DNA of 64,000 nucleotides from Candidatus Sumerlaeales bacterium (GCA_036675025.1 JAKFFN010000054.1:11673-75672), one strand, 5' to 3'. Counted from the stretch's first letter, positions 1 to 10,128 are shown. Program-made: numbers and translations. The notes: generated by a model not told the origin, from the letters alone.

Positions 1-661
1 CCTGCGTGAGGGCGATACGGTGCTGGATGTGGGCTGCGGCTGGGGGAGTTTTGCAAGGTATGCGGCGGAGCACTACGGCGCAAAAGTGACCGGCATTACC
101 ATTTCAAAGGAACAACTGGCCCTGGCGCGGGAGCGTTGCGACGGGCTGCCAGTGGACCTGCACCTGTGCGATTATCGGGAGTTCCGTGGCTCGTTTGACC
201 ATGTGGTTTCTCTGGGTATGATGGAACATGTGGGAGTGAAGAATTACCGCACATATATGGAGAAGATCCACGATTGCCTGAGGCCGGGCGGCCTTGCGCT
301 TATCCAGGTTATCGGCAGCCCGGCATCCATGTGTGCGACCGATCCGTGGCTTGACCGTTACATTTTCCCAAACTCCATGCTTCCGTCTGTGAAACAGATC
401 GGTGATGCTATTGACGGAGTTTTCCACATGGAAGACTGGCACAGCTTCGGACACGATTATGATCGGACGCTGATGGCGTGGCACCAGAATTTTGAGGAGG
501 CATGGGAGCAGCTTCGGGACCGGTATGATGAGCGGTTCCACCGCATGTGGCGGTATTACCTGCTGCTGTGCGCCGGTATCTTTCGTGCCCGGCGCGCGCA
601 GCTATGGCAACTGGTGCTGGCTAAAGGCGGTGTGGCGGGCGGATACAAGGCTGTCCGGTAA
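1..661 (+). CDS. cfa: Cyclopropane-fatty-acyl-phospholipid synthase, C-terminal ~220 aa (5' end lies upstream of the window)
   Basis: The reading frame is open from base 1; the ORF track starts at a GTG at position 20. The SAM-binding motif LDVGCGWG is present, and the C-terminal sequence is typical of CFA synthases and mycolic-acid-type methyltransferases (HMxExVG, WRYYLLLCAGIF). Confidence 0.8.
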   Translation, partial: LREGDTVLDVGCGWGSFARYAAEHYGAKVTGITISKEQLALARERCDGLPVDLHLCDYREFRGSFDHVVSLGMMEHVGVKNYRTYMEKIHDCLRPGGLALIQVIGSPASMCATDPWLDRYIFPNSMLPSVKQIGDAIDGVFHMEDWHSFGHDYDRTLMAWHQNFEEAWEQLRDRYDERFHRMWRYYLLLCAGIFRARRAQLWQLVLAKGGVAGGYKAVR

Positions 662-695
662 ACAAAAGCGTGCGCGGTGCTTTAGAAGCACTTGA

Positions 696-1325
696 ATGAC
701 ACAGCCTTACAATAATCTCTCTGAACTGACCGACCTCGTTGGCGGCGTTGACATCTACCTTCTCGACCAGATCCTGAAGGGCCGCTTCCGTGCGGACGCC
801 CGCATCTTCGACGCCGGATGCGGTGGCGGGCGAAATATCTCGTGGTTTCTGCGCAGCGGCTACGATGTTTCCGGCGTTGATACCACTCCAGGATCCATCG
901 CCGCCGTGCAGCAGGCCGCCGCGCGCCTGTCGCCTGGCCTTTCCCTGCAGAATTTTCGGGTGGAACCGGTGGAGGACGTTTCTTTTCCCGACGCCTCTTT
1001 TGATGCCGTACTTTCCATTGCGGTCCTCCATTTCGCGCGTGATCCGGGGCACTTTAACCAGATGCTGCAGGAAATGTGGCGCGTGCTCAAGCCCGGCGGC
1101 ATCTTCTTCGCGCGCCTTGCATCGACCATTGGCATCGAGACGCTGGTTCAACCGGTGGGTAATGGCCACTACGCCGTGCCCGATGGCAGTATCCGGTTTC
1201 TTGTGGACCTGGAAACGCTGCAGTCGCTTACGAAGCAGCTGGGCGCACGCCTGCTGGAGCCTATTAAGACTGTGAACGTGCAAAACCTGCGCTGCATGAC
1301 GACGTGGGTGATACAGAAGCCGTAG
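696..1325 (+). CDS. Class I SAM-dependent methyltransferase
   Basis: ATG at 696. The glycine-rich SAM motif DAGCGGGRN is present, with the acidic loop and hydrophobic beta4 of a Methyltransf_25/31-type fold. 209 aa. Confidence 0.75.
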   Translation: MTQPYNNLSELTDLVGGVDIYLLDQILKGRFRADARIFDAGCGGGRNISWFLRSGYDVSGVDTTPGSIAAVQQAAARLSPGLSLQNFRVEPVEDVSFPDASFDAVLSIAVLHFARDPGHFNQMLQEMWRVLKPGGIFFARLASTIGIETLVQPVGNGHYAVPDGSIRFLVDLETLQSLTKQLGARLLEPIKTVNVQNLRCMTTWVIQKP

Positions 1326-1443
1326 GTATCGCACATTACGGCCAGCCGCCGCTAAAGAATTCTCTCTCTCGCAATCCAATGAAAAAAGGTTTACACGCCG
1401 GATGGCGGATTGTCTGTTTTTCTTCTATTAAATCCGAGGTCCA

Positions 1444-2285
1444 GAGTTTTGCCAAAGTCCTTTCGCCGCCATGCTGTCGGTATTCTGTTTTCCGCTGTTA
1501 CTGCCACCGCTGCCGTGCTACCGGTTTGTGTTATTCTTGCGACGCCCATGCACGCAGCAGCCCAGGGGCAGCTTTCGTCGTCTGACCTGGAGCGCATTGG
1601 CCGCCGCATCTGGCAGAACGAAACGGCCGGATCAGTGGAAGGACTCACCAGCTGGAACTCCGGTGAAGATTTTGCGTCGCTTGGCATCGGCCATTTTATA
1701 TGGTATCCGGCCGGCGAAGTCGGACCCTTTGAAGAAAGCTTCCCGCAGCTGATCGCTTACTTTCAGCAAAGCCGGGTAAAAGTGCCTGACTGGCTGCTTT
1801 CTACTCGCGACTGCCCCTGGCCAAACCGTGACGCGTTTCAGGGCGACAAGAACTCTCAGCGCCAGAAGGATCTGCGCGAGCTTCTCTCCCGCACCGTGAA
1901 AGAACAAACGCAGTTCATTATTGCACGCCTCCATGCTGCGAAGCCGCGCATGCAGGCAGCAGCCGGGCAGGCCGCATCACGCGTGGCCAGTAACATGCAG
2001 CTTCTGGGGCAGACGGCAGCTGGCAACTTTGCCATGATTGATTACGTGAACTTCAAGGGAGAAGGGCTGAAGCCCGAAGAGCGGTATAACGGCCAGGGAT
2101 GGGGTCTACTGCAGGTGCTGGCCGAAATGAACGCTCGCGATGCCTCCAGCGCGCCGCGCGCCTTTGCCGAGGCTTCCAAAAAGGTTCTCACGCGCCGCGT
2201 AGAAAACAGCCCCGCTGCACGCAAAGAGCGCCAGTGGCTCCAGGGCTGGCTCAACCGCTGCGAGACTTACGCGAACCCGTTTTGA
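1444..2285 (+). CDS. Hypothetical secreted protein
   Basis: The ORF track starts at a TTG at 1410. A more plausible start is the TTG at 1444, which sits 5 nt after a GAGG and gives MPKSFRRHAVGILFSAVTATAAVLPVCVILATPMHAAAQ, a classic signal peptide. I do not recognise the family. Confidence 0.45.
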
Positions 2286-2366
2286 GGTTTCCGCTTCACA
2301 AGCCAAACACGACATAGCCTCAGACTATCAGCAAGATAAACTTCATTTGCGCCGCTTATGGGTAGT

Positions 2367-2384
2367 TGCTGTCAAACATGACAG
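2367..2384. promoter_or_regulatory. Perfect inverted repeat GCTGTCA-aaca-TGACAGC, 73 bp upstream of the Mn-catalase start
   Basis: The sequence shows a 7-bp stem with a 4-nt loop (the TGTCA-N4-TGACA core). It could be an operator or an RNA hairpin in the leader of the catalase gene. Confidence 0.3.
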
Positions 2385-2457
2385 CACCCGCGGCTTACGG
2401 ATCCCCGCCTGCCGGCGCCCCTGCTGAATTCGTATTTGGAAAGGGGAATTATCCACC

Positions 2458-3390
2458 ATGTTTCTACGCATCGATCGTCTGCCGGTAGAATTGCCGGTTT
2501 CACCGATAATCGATCCCATTGCGGCGAAGAACGTTCAGGAACTTCTGGGCGGCAGATTCGGCGAAATGTCGACGGTGATGAACTACACCTTCCAGTCGTT
2601 CAACATGAGAGGGCGCGATAAGATCCGCCCCTATTATGAGCTCATCAGCAACATCGCCGCTGAAGAAGGCGGTCATATCGAGATTGTTTCTGCAGCAATC
2701 AACTCCTGTCTGAATGGACCACGCACGGAATTTGATAAGGACGGCGCGCCTACTGATGCATCCTTAAAAGACATTTCTGAAGGAGCCTTTGGCGGCCATT
2801 ACATTGCATCGGCGCAAACGGCATTGCCAGTGGACAGCCGCGGCATGCCGTGGACCGGCGATTACGTATTTTCATCGGGTAACCTGATCCTTGACCTGTT
2901 GCATAACTTCTTTTTGGAAAATGGCGCCCGCACCCAGAAGCTGCGCGTGTACCAGATGACGGATAACCCGGCCGCACGAATGATGCTGGGCTACCTGTTC
3001 GTCCGCGGCGGCGTGCATGCTCTGGCGTACGCCAAGGCCCTGGAAACCCTCACCGGCGTGGATATGAAGAAGATGCTTCCCATCCCGAACATCGGCAACG
3101 CGGTGTTCCCGGAAGCACGCAAATTTATGGACCAGGGTTCGCATCTGAAACTGTACCGTTTCTCGCCCAATGATTATAAAGAAGCAGCGACCATCTGGCA
3201 AGGCGAAGCCCCGGAAGCTTACCACGAAGGGCTTGGCGGATCAACCACCCTCGAATTCATCGATGCTCCGCCCGAAGGCGGCGACCTGGCGCATCTTGCC
3301 GGCATCGCCTCCAGTTTTGCGCCAAACTACGCGCCGGAAGAAATTATGGAGATGGCCAACCAGCTCTACAAGAAATCCAAGAACCTGTAA
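2458..3390 (+). CDS. Manganese catalase (non-haem, ferritin-like superfamily)
   Basis: I recognise hallmark Mn-catalase motifs: ELLGGRFGEMSTVMNYTFQSFN, the EEGGHIE di-Mn ligand helix, and GVHALAYAKALETLTG. 310 aa. Confidence 0.85.
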   Translation: MFLRIDRLPVELPVSPIIDPIAAKNVQELLGGRFGEMSTVMNYTFQSFNMRGRDKIRPYYELISNIAAEEGGHIEIVSAAINSCLNGPRTEFDKDGAPTDASLKDISEGAFGGHYIASAQTALPVDSRGMPWTGDYVFSSGNLILDLLHNFFLENGARTQKLRVYQMTDNPAARMMLGYLFVRGGVHALAYAKALETLTGVDMKKMLPIPNIGNAVFPEARKFMDQGSHLKLYRFSPNDYKEAATIWQGEAPEAYHEGLGGSTTLEFIDAPPEGGDLAHLAGIASSFAPNYAPEEIMEMANQLYKKSKNL

Positions 3391-3426
3391 TTGCAGCTTC
3401 GACACCTCACTATCTCCAGTGAGCAA

Positions 3427-3455
3427 CGGCGCCTCTTAAAATGAGGCGCCGTTTT
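3427..3455 (+). terminator. Rho-independent terminator after the Mn catalase gene
   Basis: GGCGCCTC-ttaaaat-GAGGCGCC is followed by TTTTT, directly after the stop codon at 3390. Confidence 0.55.
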
Positions 3456-3582
3456 TATGGGCATTAGCCAAATCTATCCGGTTGTGCTGAAACTTTCAAC
3501 ACATTCGCCCCTAACCGTTGACTCCGCTTTCCAGTGGTCTCAACTCCCTTTATCGGGCTGTGCAACGAGGCCCAGATCGTAT

Positions 3583-6006
3583 ATGCCATGGAAACCAATG
3601 AACGCCACCATACTCACCCTCGCAGCAGGTTTATTTATGAATCTTTTCATGCCTGAAAGCCTCGGGGCTCAAACGGTCAGCGAAAGTAGCGGTAGGAGTA
3701 TTAAAGTAGAGAGCCACGACGCGCCATGGCTGGAGACAAGCGATGCGCAATGGGTGTGGCCGGCGGCATCTGCGCAGCCGCCTAATCAGTATGTTCACCT
3801 GCTGCAGGATTTTGAAGTGTCCGCCGATTCCTTGGCGGGGGCAAAGCTGGCCATCAGCGCCGACTCCAATTACGCGGTCTGGATCAACGGCGAATTTGCC
3901 GGGTTCGGGCAGTGGAGTAATTTTCCTGACGACAAAACCTATGACGTGATTGATATTTCGGATCACCTTCAGCCGGGGGCTAACCGCATTGGCATTACCG
4001 GCTACTGGCAGGGCGAGAGTTCATCCACCTACCGGCCGGGGGCACCGGGAGTCGTTTTTGCCATCCAGGCTGGTAACAAAGTTCTTGCGCACAGCGGCGA
4101 GGGAACTCGCATGCGCCCTGCGCCGAACTACGTAAGCGGGCCGTACCCCAAGGTGACGGGGCAGTTGGGATTTGCTTTCGAACATCGCGGAGACAAGCTG
4201 GACGGATGGCTTACACCGGGTTATGTGCCCGGCGAAGAATGGAAGGCGCCGTCTGCAGATGAGTTAAAGCCGCTGTCAGAGCGTTCCGTGCGCTCGCGCC
4301 CGATTGCGAAGCTTCTGCTTCAGGACCGGCTCCCCATGAAGATTGTATCGCAGGGCGCGTTCACCCGTACCAACCCGACACAGCCGCCGGCCGATGCAAT
4401 CCAGAGCGACGCGCTGGCCTGGCGGGCACCGGCAGATGTGTTTGCCAAACCGCAGCCGCAACTTGATGCTTCTGAGACCACCGGTGTCTCCATTAAACCG
4501 GAAGTTGTTTCCAAAGCCACTGGGGCGTATATCGTACTTGATACCGGCTTTGAAGAAGCGGGCCTTCTTGAACTGGAGATGGACGCACCAAAGGGCACAG
4601 TCGTTGACGTTGGCTATGGTGAGCACCTGGAAGATCTGCGCGTTCGCGCCAGTGTGGGCGGGCGCCAGTTCGCCATCCGTCACACCACACCCGCAGGCCA
4701 CCATACGTTCCTGCATCCGTTCCTGCGGCTGGCTGGGCGGTACCTGCAAGTCCACATTACGCCGCCGGCGGGCTATGATCCCGCGCAGCCCATCATTCTG
4801 AAATACGCAGGCCTGCGACCTACCCCGTTCCCGGTGGAACATCGCGGATCGTTTGAAACTTCGGATACTTTGCATAACAAGATATGGGAAGTGAGCCGGC
4901 GCACCCTTGAGCTTTGTATGCATGAGCACTACGAAGATTGCCCCTGGCGCGAGCAGGCGCTCTATGCCATGGACGCGCGCAACCAGGCCCTTGCGGGATA
5001 TTACTGCTTCGGCAATTACGACTTCGCCCGCGAATCCATCAAGCTGCTCGGGCAGGGTTACAATAAGTCCGATGGCCTGCTTGAGCTTTGCGCACCGGCT
5101 GATGTGGGCGTAAACATTCCCTCTTTCAGCCTGGCCTGGATTCTGATGGTGAATGATTACCTGCTCTTCAGTGGCGATCGGGAATTTGCCAAGTCGCAAC
5201 TGCCGCTGGCTGACAAGCTGCTGCAGAATGTCGCGCGGGAATCCAGCGGACCTGTCATCGGCGTGCCTGACGGCAAGCGTATGTGGAACTTTTATGAGTG
5301 GGCACCGGGCCTGGATGGCGCCGGAGTGAGCGGCGGTCAGACATTAAATCCGGACCGCCTGGAGGCGCCCCTGAACCTGTTTTACCTGCTGGCCCTGGAC
5401 GCTGCCGCGCGCATTGCCGATGAAACCGGCGGCAATAGTACTGCCTATCGTACTCGCGCTGCCGATCTCCGCGCTGCCTTCGCTGATGCTTTCTGGGATG
5501 AAAAGGAACGGGCGTTTCGCACCGCCATTAACGATGACGCAAAACCTCACTACGCGGAGTTGACGCAGGCTCTTGCTATACTTGCTGGCGTTGTACCGCC
5601 TGCCGAACTGGATGCCCTGCGCGCCCGCCTGGCGAGTGATAACAACGGCCTGGTGCCGTGCACCATCAGCCACACCTTATACAAGTTCGAGGCGCTGCTG
5701 ACTGACAAAGAACGTTACGCGCCGCGGGTGTTCGATCTCATCGCCCGTGACTGGGGCTACATGCTGCGCAATGGTGCCACCAGCTTCTGGGAAACCATCG
5801 ACGGCGCCAGTGCCTTCGCCGATGCCGGCAGCCTCTGCCACGGCTGGTCGGGTATTCCCGCGTGGTTCTATGGAGCCTACGTGCTGGGAGTAAAACCGAC
5901 GAAGCCAGGCTTTGCGGAATATGAAAGCGATCCGATCAAGAATGTGTTTACGACGGCGAGAGGCCAGGTGCCGACTCCAAGCAAAACCATCGAAGTTGCA
6001 TGGTAG
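3583..6006 (+). CDS. Secreted six-hairpin glycoside hydrolase, alpha-L-rhamnosidase-like (GH78-type)
   Basis: The N-terminal beta-sandwich region (AKLAISADSNYAVWINGEFAGFG) resembles the GH78 N-domain. The central block (EHYEDCPWREQALYAMDARNQ) resembles the (alpha/alpha)6 catalytic domain. I moved the start to the ATG at 3583, which precedes a signal peptide (MPWKPMNATILTLAAGLFMNLF...GAQT); the track begins at 3457. Confidence 0.55.
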   Translation: MPWKPMNATILTLAAGLFMNLFMPESLGAQTVSESSGRSIKVESHDAPWLETSDAQWVWPAASAQPPNQYVHLLQDFEVSADSLAGAKLAISADSNYAVWINGEFAGFGQWSNFPDDKTYDVIDISDHLQPGANRIGITGYWQGESSSTYRPGAPGVVFAIQAGNKVLAHSGEGTRMRPAPNYVSGPYPKVTGQLGFAFEHRGDKLDGWLTPGYVPGEEWKAPSADELKPLSERSVRSRPIAKLLLQDRLPMKIVSQGAFTRTNPTQPPADAIQSDALAWRAPADVFAKPQPQLDASETTGVSIKPEVVSKATGAYIVLDTGFEEAGLLELEMDAPKGTVVDVGYGEHLEDLRVRASVGGRQFAIRHTTPAGHHTFLHPFLRLAGRYLQVHITPPAGYDPAQPIILKYAGLRPTPFPVEHRGSFETSDTLHNKIWEVSRRTLELCMHEHYEDCPWREQALYAMDARNQALAGYYCFGNYDFARESIKLLGQGYNKSDGLLELCAPADVGVNIPSFSLAWILMVNDYLLFSGDREFAKSQLPLADKLLQNVARESSGPVIGVPDGKRMWNFYEWAPGLDGAGVSGGQTLNPDRLEAPLNLFYLLALDAAARIADETGGNSTAYRTRAADLRAAFADAFWDEKERAFRTAINDDAKPHYAELTQALAILAGVVPPAELDALRARLASDNNGLVPCTISHTLYKFEALLTDKERYAPRVFDLIARDWGYMLRNGATSFWETIDGASAFADAGSLCHGWSGIPAWFYGAYVLGVKPTKPGFAEYESDPIKNVFTTARGQVPTPSKTIEVAW

Positions 6007-7526
6007 ATCAATTCGTAAAGTCGACGTTCCCTCGGCCATTTAACAATCTCGTGCGCGCCATGACCCTGGTCATTGTCTGGACAATACCATTTGTTGGGTG
6101 CAGCGAGCCAACTACAACGTCTTCCTCCGCACGCGCCAGCTTCGGCATCGCTCGTACGCTGCCGCACGCCAACGGCTTCTCCGGCATCTGGTACATGAAC
6201 CAACCCTCTGATGACGAATACAAATTTAAATACTCCGGCGGGTTCGCCACCTACCCGCAGCAGCACATCCCCATCGCCATTTACCGCCAGGAAGTCGACA
6301 AGACTTTCTTCTGCTACGGTGGCGCCGACCCCGGAACTACCACGCTTCTCCACATGGTCTCGTATTACGACCACAAGACGGGAAAAGTTGCTCGGCCGCG
6401 CATCCTGCTCGATAAGAAAACCACAGACGCCCACGACAACCCGGTAATGGCCATAGATGATGATGGGTACATCTACATCTTCTCTCCCAGCCACGGTGGC
6501 GCCCGGCCCACGTTCATCCATAAAAGCATCGACCCTTACAGCATAGAAGCTTTTACGTCGCTGCCGAGCTTCAACTACTCTTACCCGCAGCCAAAGTACA
6601 TCGCAGATAAAGGTTTCCTCTTTTTACATACGAAGTACCAGGGCGGTCGCGCCTTGTACATGTCGACCAGCCCAGATGTCACCACCTGGACAGAACCTCG
6701 TCTGCTGGCTCGCATTGCGGAAGGCCATTACCAGATCAGCAACCATCGCGCTGATGGCAGCGTGGCCACGGCGTTCAACTATCACCCGAAACCCGGCGGA
6801 CTTAACAAGCGCACCAACATCTATTACATGGAAACTGCGGACATGGGACGCACATGGACAACTGCTGACAAGCGTGACATTGAAATTCCTGTCGTGACAA
6901 CCGATTCGCTGGCGCTGATTCACGATTATGAAATAGAGGACCTGCTGGTGTATCTGAAAGATATCGCCTTTGATGCTGATGGCCTCCCCGTCATTCTTTA
7001 CCTTACCAGCAGGGGTTACGCCTCAGGCCCGGCCAACGATCCGCGCACATGGTACACCACGCGCTGGACTGGCACCAAATGGAAGACGGACCAGGTCACT
7101 ACGTCGAGCAACAACTACGACTACGGCTCCCTCTATATCGAACCCGATGGTACCTGGCGTATCATCGCCGCCGCGATACCAGGACCGCAGCCTTACAATA
7201 CCGGTGGTGAAGTGGGCATGTGGACGTCAACCGACGAGGGCACATCATGGAAGCTGAGCCGCCAGCTCACGAGCAACAGCGATAAGAACCACGCTTACCC
7301 GCGTCGGCCGGTTGATGCTAAAGACGATTTCTACGCCCTGTGGGCCGATGGCCACGGCCGCCGGCGTTCAGACTCAAGCCTCTATTTCACCGATAAAGAA
7401 GGCACAGCCGTCTGGCGTTTGCCGGCAGAAATGACATCGGATATGGGCAGGCCTGAGCAGATGCCTACCTCTGGTACAGCTTCACGCCCACCCGTTCAAT
7501 ATGTTCCCGCAACGGCGCGTAAGTAA
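6000..7526 (+). CDS. BNR-4 repeat (sialidase-like beta-propeller) family lipoprotein
   Basis: The lipobox-like N-terminus reads ...VIVWTIPFVGCSEP. Repeated aromatic/Asp-rich blades (PVMAIDDDGYIYIFSPSHG, SLYIEPDGTWRI, GMWTSTDEGTSWK) are typical of the BNR_4 family. The start is uncertain: ATG 6000 overlaps the upstream stop, and ATG 6060 is the alternative. Confidence 0.5.
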   Translation: MVDQFVKSTFPRPFNNLVRAMTLVIVWTIPFVGCSEPTTTSSSARASFGIARTLPHANGFSGIWYMNQPSDDEYKFKYSGGFATYPQQHIPIAIYRQEVDKTFFCYGGADPGTTTLLHMVSYYDHKTGKVARPRILLDKKTTDAHDNPVMAIDDDGYIYIFSPSHGGARPTFIHKSIDPYSIEAFTSLPSFNYSYPQPKYIADKGFLFLHTKYQGGRALYMSTSPDVTTWTEPRLLARIAEGHYQISNHRADGSVATAFNYHPKPGGLNKRTNIYYMETADMGRTWTTADKRDIEIPVVTTDSLALIHDYEIEDLLVYLKDIAFDADGLPVILYLTSRGYASGPANDPRTWYTTRWTGTKWKTDQVTTSSNNYDYGSLYIEPDGTWRIIAAAIPGPQPYNTGGEVGMWTSTDEGTSWKLSRQLTSNSDKNHAYPRRPVDAKDDFYALWADGHGRRRSDSSLYFTDKEGTAVWRLPAEMTSDMGRPEQMPTSGTASRPPVQYVPATARK

Positions 7527-7767
7527 TACGCTCCATGGCCTTTACGTCAAATCGATAAGGCAGCGGCAGTTCATCCAGCTCATCCGCCACAACCTCTGCC
7601 TGTAGATCACTATCAACACCAACCAGCGCAAGGTCAATATCAGATGCCTTGCGATAGTTCCCCACGGCGCGCGAACCGTAAAGTACAACTTCTGTTATCG
7701 CCGCGGTTTTCTTGAAGACGCCGAAAATCAAGTCAAGCTCATGGGTAGTCAGGCCGATGTCTCTCAT
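7465..7767 (-). CDS. Nucleotidyltransferase (MNT-type) antitoxin
   Basis: The minimal polymerase-beta nucleotidyltransferase motif is present (VVLYGSRAVGNYRKASDIDLAL). It is 100 aa. Its ATG overlaps the stop of the upstream HEPN gene (ATGA). Confidence 0.8.
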   Translation of the reverse strand: MRDIGLTTHELDLIFGVFKKTAAITEVVLYGSRAVGNYRKASDIDLALVGVDSDLQAEVVADELDELPLPYRFDVKAMERITYAPLREHIERVGVKLYQR

Positions 7768-8180
7768 TGATCCATTTTCTTACTGTTGAAGAAGCCATAA
7801 AGTTCTCCCATTGCACCCACGTAGCGTTCTTCTACAGTAACAAGAAGTGACTCGAAAGCCTGAACATCATACGTGTGTGAAATCAGGTTCCGGTGCATCA
7901 TCATATCAATCCACACCTGCCCATCCGGCAGTACTTCGGCTGCAAAAGCTTCTTTGATGACATCGCGAGGCGAAACAGGCGAAACAATTCTCCCGCTGTG
8001 TTCAAGGAAATCACGCAATGTTTTCCATGCTAACTCGAACGCGCCTTCAAATCGCTGTACAGCCCCTTCCTGTTCAAGCTGCGATAAACTAGCGACTCCC
8101 CGATCGCAAACTTCTTTCAACAGCAGGTATGCCTTTTCAAAATTTGCAAAACGCTGCAGCCAGCGGATATCTTCAGTCAT
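7764..8180 (-). CDS. HEPN-domain protein (HI0074 / nucleotidyltransferase substrate-binding family), toxin partner of the MNT gene
   Basis: I moved the start to ATG 8180 (MTEDIRWLQRFANFEKAYLLL...); the track's GTG at 8198 is less likely. The R-x4-6-H HEPN motif sits near the C-terminus (MMHRNLISHTYD). Confidence 0.8.
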   Translation of the reverse strand: MTEDIRWLQRFANFEKAYLLLKEVCDRGVASLSQLEQEGAVQRFEGAFELAWKTLRDFLEHSGRIVSPVSPRDVIKEAFAAEVLPDGQVWIDMMMHRNLISHTYDVQAFESLLVTVEERYVGAMGELYGFFNSKKMDQ

Positions 8181-8266
8181 AGTGGCAGTGCACCTCACCA
8201 GTTTGAAGTGTCAACGTAAAGGGGCATGCTCCATTCCAGAGCACACCCCTATAAGTACGTTTTACC

Positions 8267-8295
8267 TTCTACTTTCTACGTTCAACGTTCTACTT
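8267..8295. repeat. Copy A of a recurring intergenic motif, tandem TTCTAC(G)TT units: TTCTACTTTCTACGTTCAACGTTCTACTTC
   Basis: It overlaps the stop codon of the TlpA-fusion gene. Near-identical arrays occur at 56916-56947 (same orientation) and 47399-47424 (inverted). Confidence 0.5.
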
Positions 8296-10128
8296 CAACA
8301 GCGCCTTTATTTCCTGCTCTACGTCGGACATGTGGCCGCGCTTTTGCACTATGCCGTCTTTATCAATCAGCACCATGGTCGGGATGCTGTTGATCCCGTA
8401 GAGTTCCGCCGCTGGCGCGTTCCAGCCGGTCTTCTCCGAATCATCCGCGGCAGGCGGAGCCCACGTGTTCAGCGTGCGATTCCAGTCGTTTTTCTTCAGG
8501 TGCTTTCGAACCGTCTCCTGGTCATCATCTATGCTCAGCGCCAGGATGGTTGCCTTGCCTTTCCAGGCATCGCCATTCTTGCGAAGAATCTCCTGATTCT
8601 CCGCCATGGGTCCCTGGCACGGTCCGCACCAGGTAGCCCAGAAGTCGATCAGCACCACCTGTCCCTTCAGATCGCTCAGGCGCATCGTCTCGCTCGTATT
8701 AAGGTCCAGCATGGCGAAATCCGGCGCCGCGTCTCCCTCCTTGGGCGGAATCTTAAAGGCATATTCTTTCGTCATTCCTTCTTTAGGCGGATAGAGTTTG
8801 CCATTCCTGTACTCGCCAAACATCACGTAGCCCAGTCGCTGGCCGTCTACTTCCACGTCAAAGGTCGGCACGCCGCCGCGACTGGCAAAGTCTTCGCGCG
8901 TGGATTCCTTTTCAACGCCTGCAAGGTTCTCCAGCCTGATCACGCCATCATCGGGCACGGTGCCCTCGGCGATCGTCTGCTGAGGGTACCCGCTCTCATA
9001 CCAGGAAACCTTGTAGGGCTTGCCAGCGGCCGGCTCGTCCTTCTGGTTCTTCACCGTCACCTCGGCCGTAAACGGACCCTGCAGCCATTCCTTTTTAAAC
9101 GGGCTGTACTTTAGTGTTATTGTCTTTGTGGAGCCAGCCTCCACCTTCGCCGACTCCCGCGTGGAATACACCTGGCCTGAATGCATCATATTTTTAGGAG
9201 CAGCGGTCAGGCTTACCGAGAAACTGCCCGATGCCAGGTCATCTGCCACAAGTGTCGCGGAAGTAACCGGTTGTTCCTTTGTCATAAAGCCCAGTCCCCA
9301 GGTATTCTGTCCCGGCACTTTCTGAGTGCGATGAAGTTCCATTGTAACCACTGGCGACTCCGGCTTCTCGTTTTCCTTGTACTCAAATGTCGCCTCCAGA
9401 CCGCCCGGCTTTGGCAGCGTCACGGTCACGGATTTCGAAGTCGCCCATTCTTTCGGATCAAACGGCCCCGCCTGGAAACCGCGCAGGAAACCAGGATGGT
9501 TGATCAGCACATAGAGCGGCTCCGTGGATTCGGCATCTATATGTGTGATGAACCGGCCGTTGTCCGCCGCGTTTACCGCCATGGGCGAGAGCAGCGTCTC
9601 AGGCGCATACTTTTCCGTGCGGTTCGGATCCGCAGACAGCCAGACATCCCGCCCCCAGTTTTCAGGGAATACTGCCGGGCGCAGGTCGCCGGGTATGTCA
9701 CGGTTATCGTCCGTCTCCAGTTGCAGCGCGACCTCCGTGCCGCGCTTTATTGGCACACTCAGCAAAGTCTCTGATGTCGGTATATCCACATCCAGGTACG
9801 TGGTCTGGTAGCCGGGCACACGCACCGTGACTGCGTATGTACCCTCGCCAGATTCGCCATGAAATGCGGTTAGTTTGGGTTGGATTACTCCGTCTGCGCC
9901 GGCAGACTGCCACTCAAGCGTGGGAAGAAATCTCGTGCTCTTCTTCGCAATGATGGCTTGTGCTCCAGACGGTACAGCCCCGTTTTCGCCAGTTACTTTA
10001 ATCTGCGGAAAACTTACGACTCCCTGCCCGGGCCCGTCTAACTCCTGCGTAGACGTCGTCTGCGCCGCGCCTGCTCCGTTCGCTAAAGTTGCGAAAACCA
10101 CTGCCGCCGCTACTGCAATATCAAACAT
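8290..10128 (-). CDS. Secreted TlpA/redoxin-family thiol-disulfide oxidoreductase fused to a ~470-aa N-terminal beta-sandwich region
   Basis: GGGGAG lies 4 nt before the ATG at 10128. A signal peptide is present (MFDIAVAAAVVFATLANGAGAAQ). The C-terminal thioredoxin fold carries WATWCGPCQ and reads VLIDKDG...ALLK. The N-terminal part looks like repeated CarboxypepD_reg/Cna-B-like beta-sandwiches. Confidence 0.7.
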   Translation of the reverse strand: MFDIAVAAAVVFATLANGAGAAQTTSTQELDGPGQGVVSFPQIKVTGENGAVPSGAQAIIAKKSTRFLPTLEWQSAGADGVIQPKLTAFHGESGEGTYAVTVRVPGYQTTYLDVDIPTSETLLSVPIKRGTEVALQLETDDNRDIPGDLRPAVFPENWGRDVWLSADPNRTEKYAPETLLSPMAVNAADNGRFITHIDAESTEPLYVLINHPGFLRGFQAGPFDPKEWATSKSVTVTLPKPGGLEATFEYKENEKPESPVVTMELHRTQKVPGQNTWGLGFMTKEQPVTSATLVADDLASGSFSVSLTAAPKNMMHSGQVYSTRESAKVEAGSTKTITLKYSPFKKEWLQGPFTAEVTVKNQKDEPAAGKPYKVSWYESGYPQQTIAEGTVPDDGVIRLENLAGVEKESTREDFASRGGVPTFDVEVDGQRLGYVMFGEYRNGKLYPPKEGMTKEYAFKIPPKEGDAAPDFAMLDLNTSETMRLSDLKGQVVLIDFWATWCGPCQGPMAENQEILRKNGDAWKGKATILALSIDDDQETVRKHLKKNDWNRTLNTWAPPAADDSEKTGWNAPAAELYGINSIPTMVLIDKDGIVQKRGHMSDVEQEIKALLK

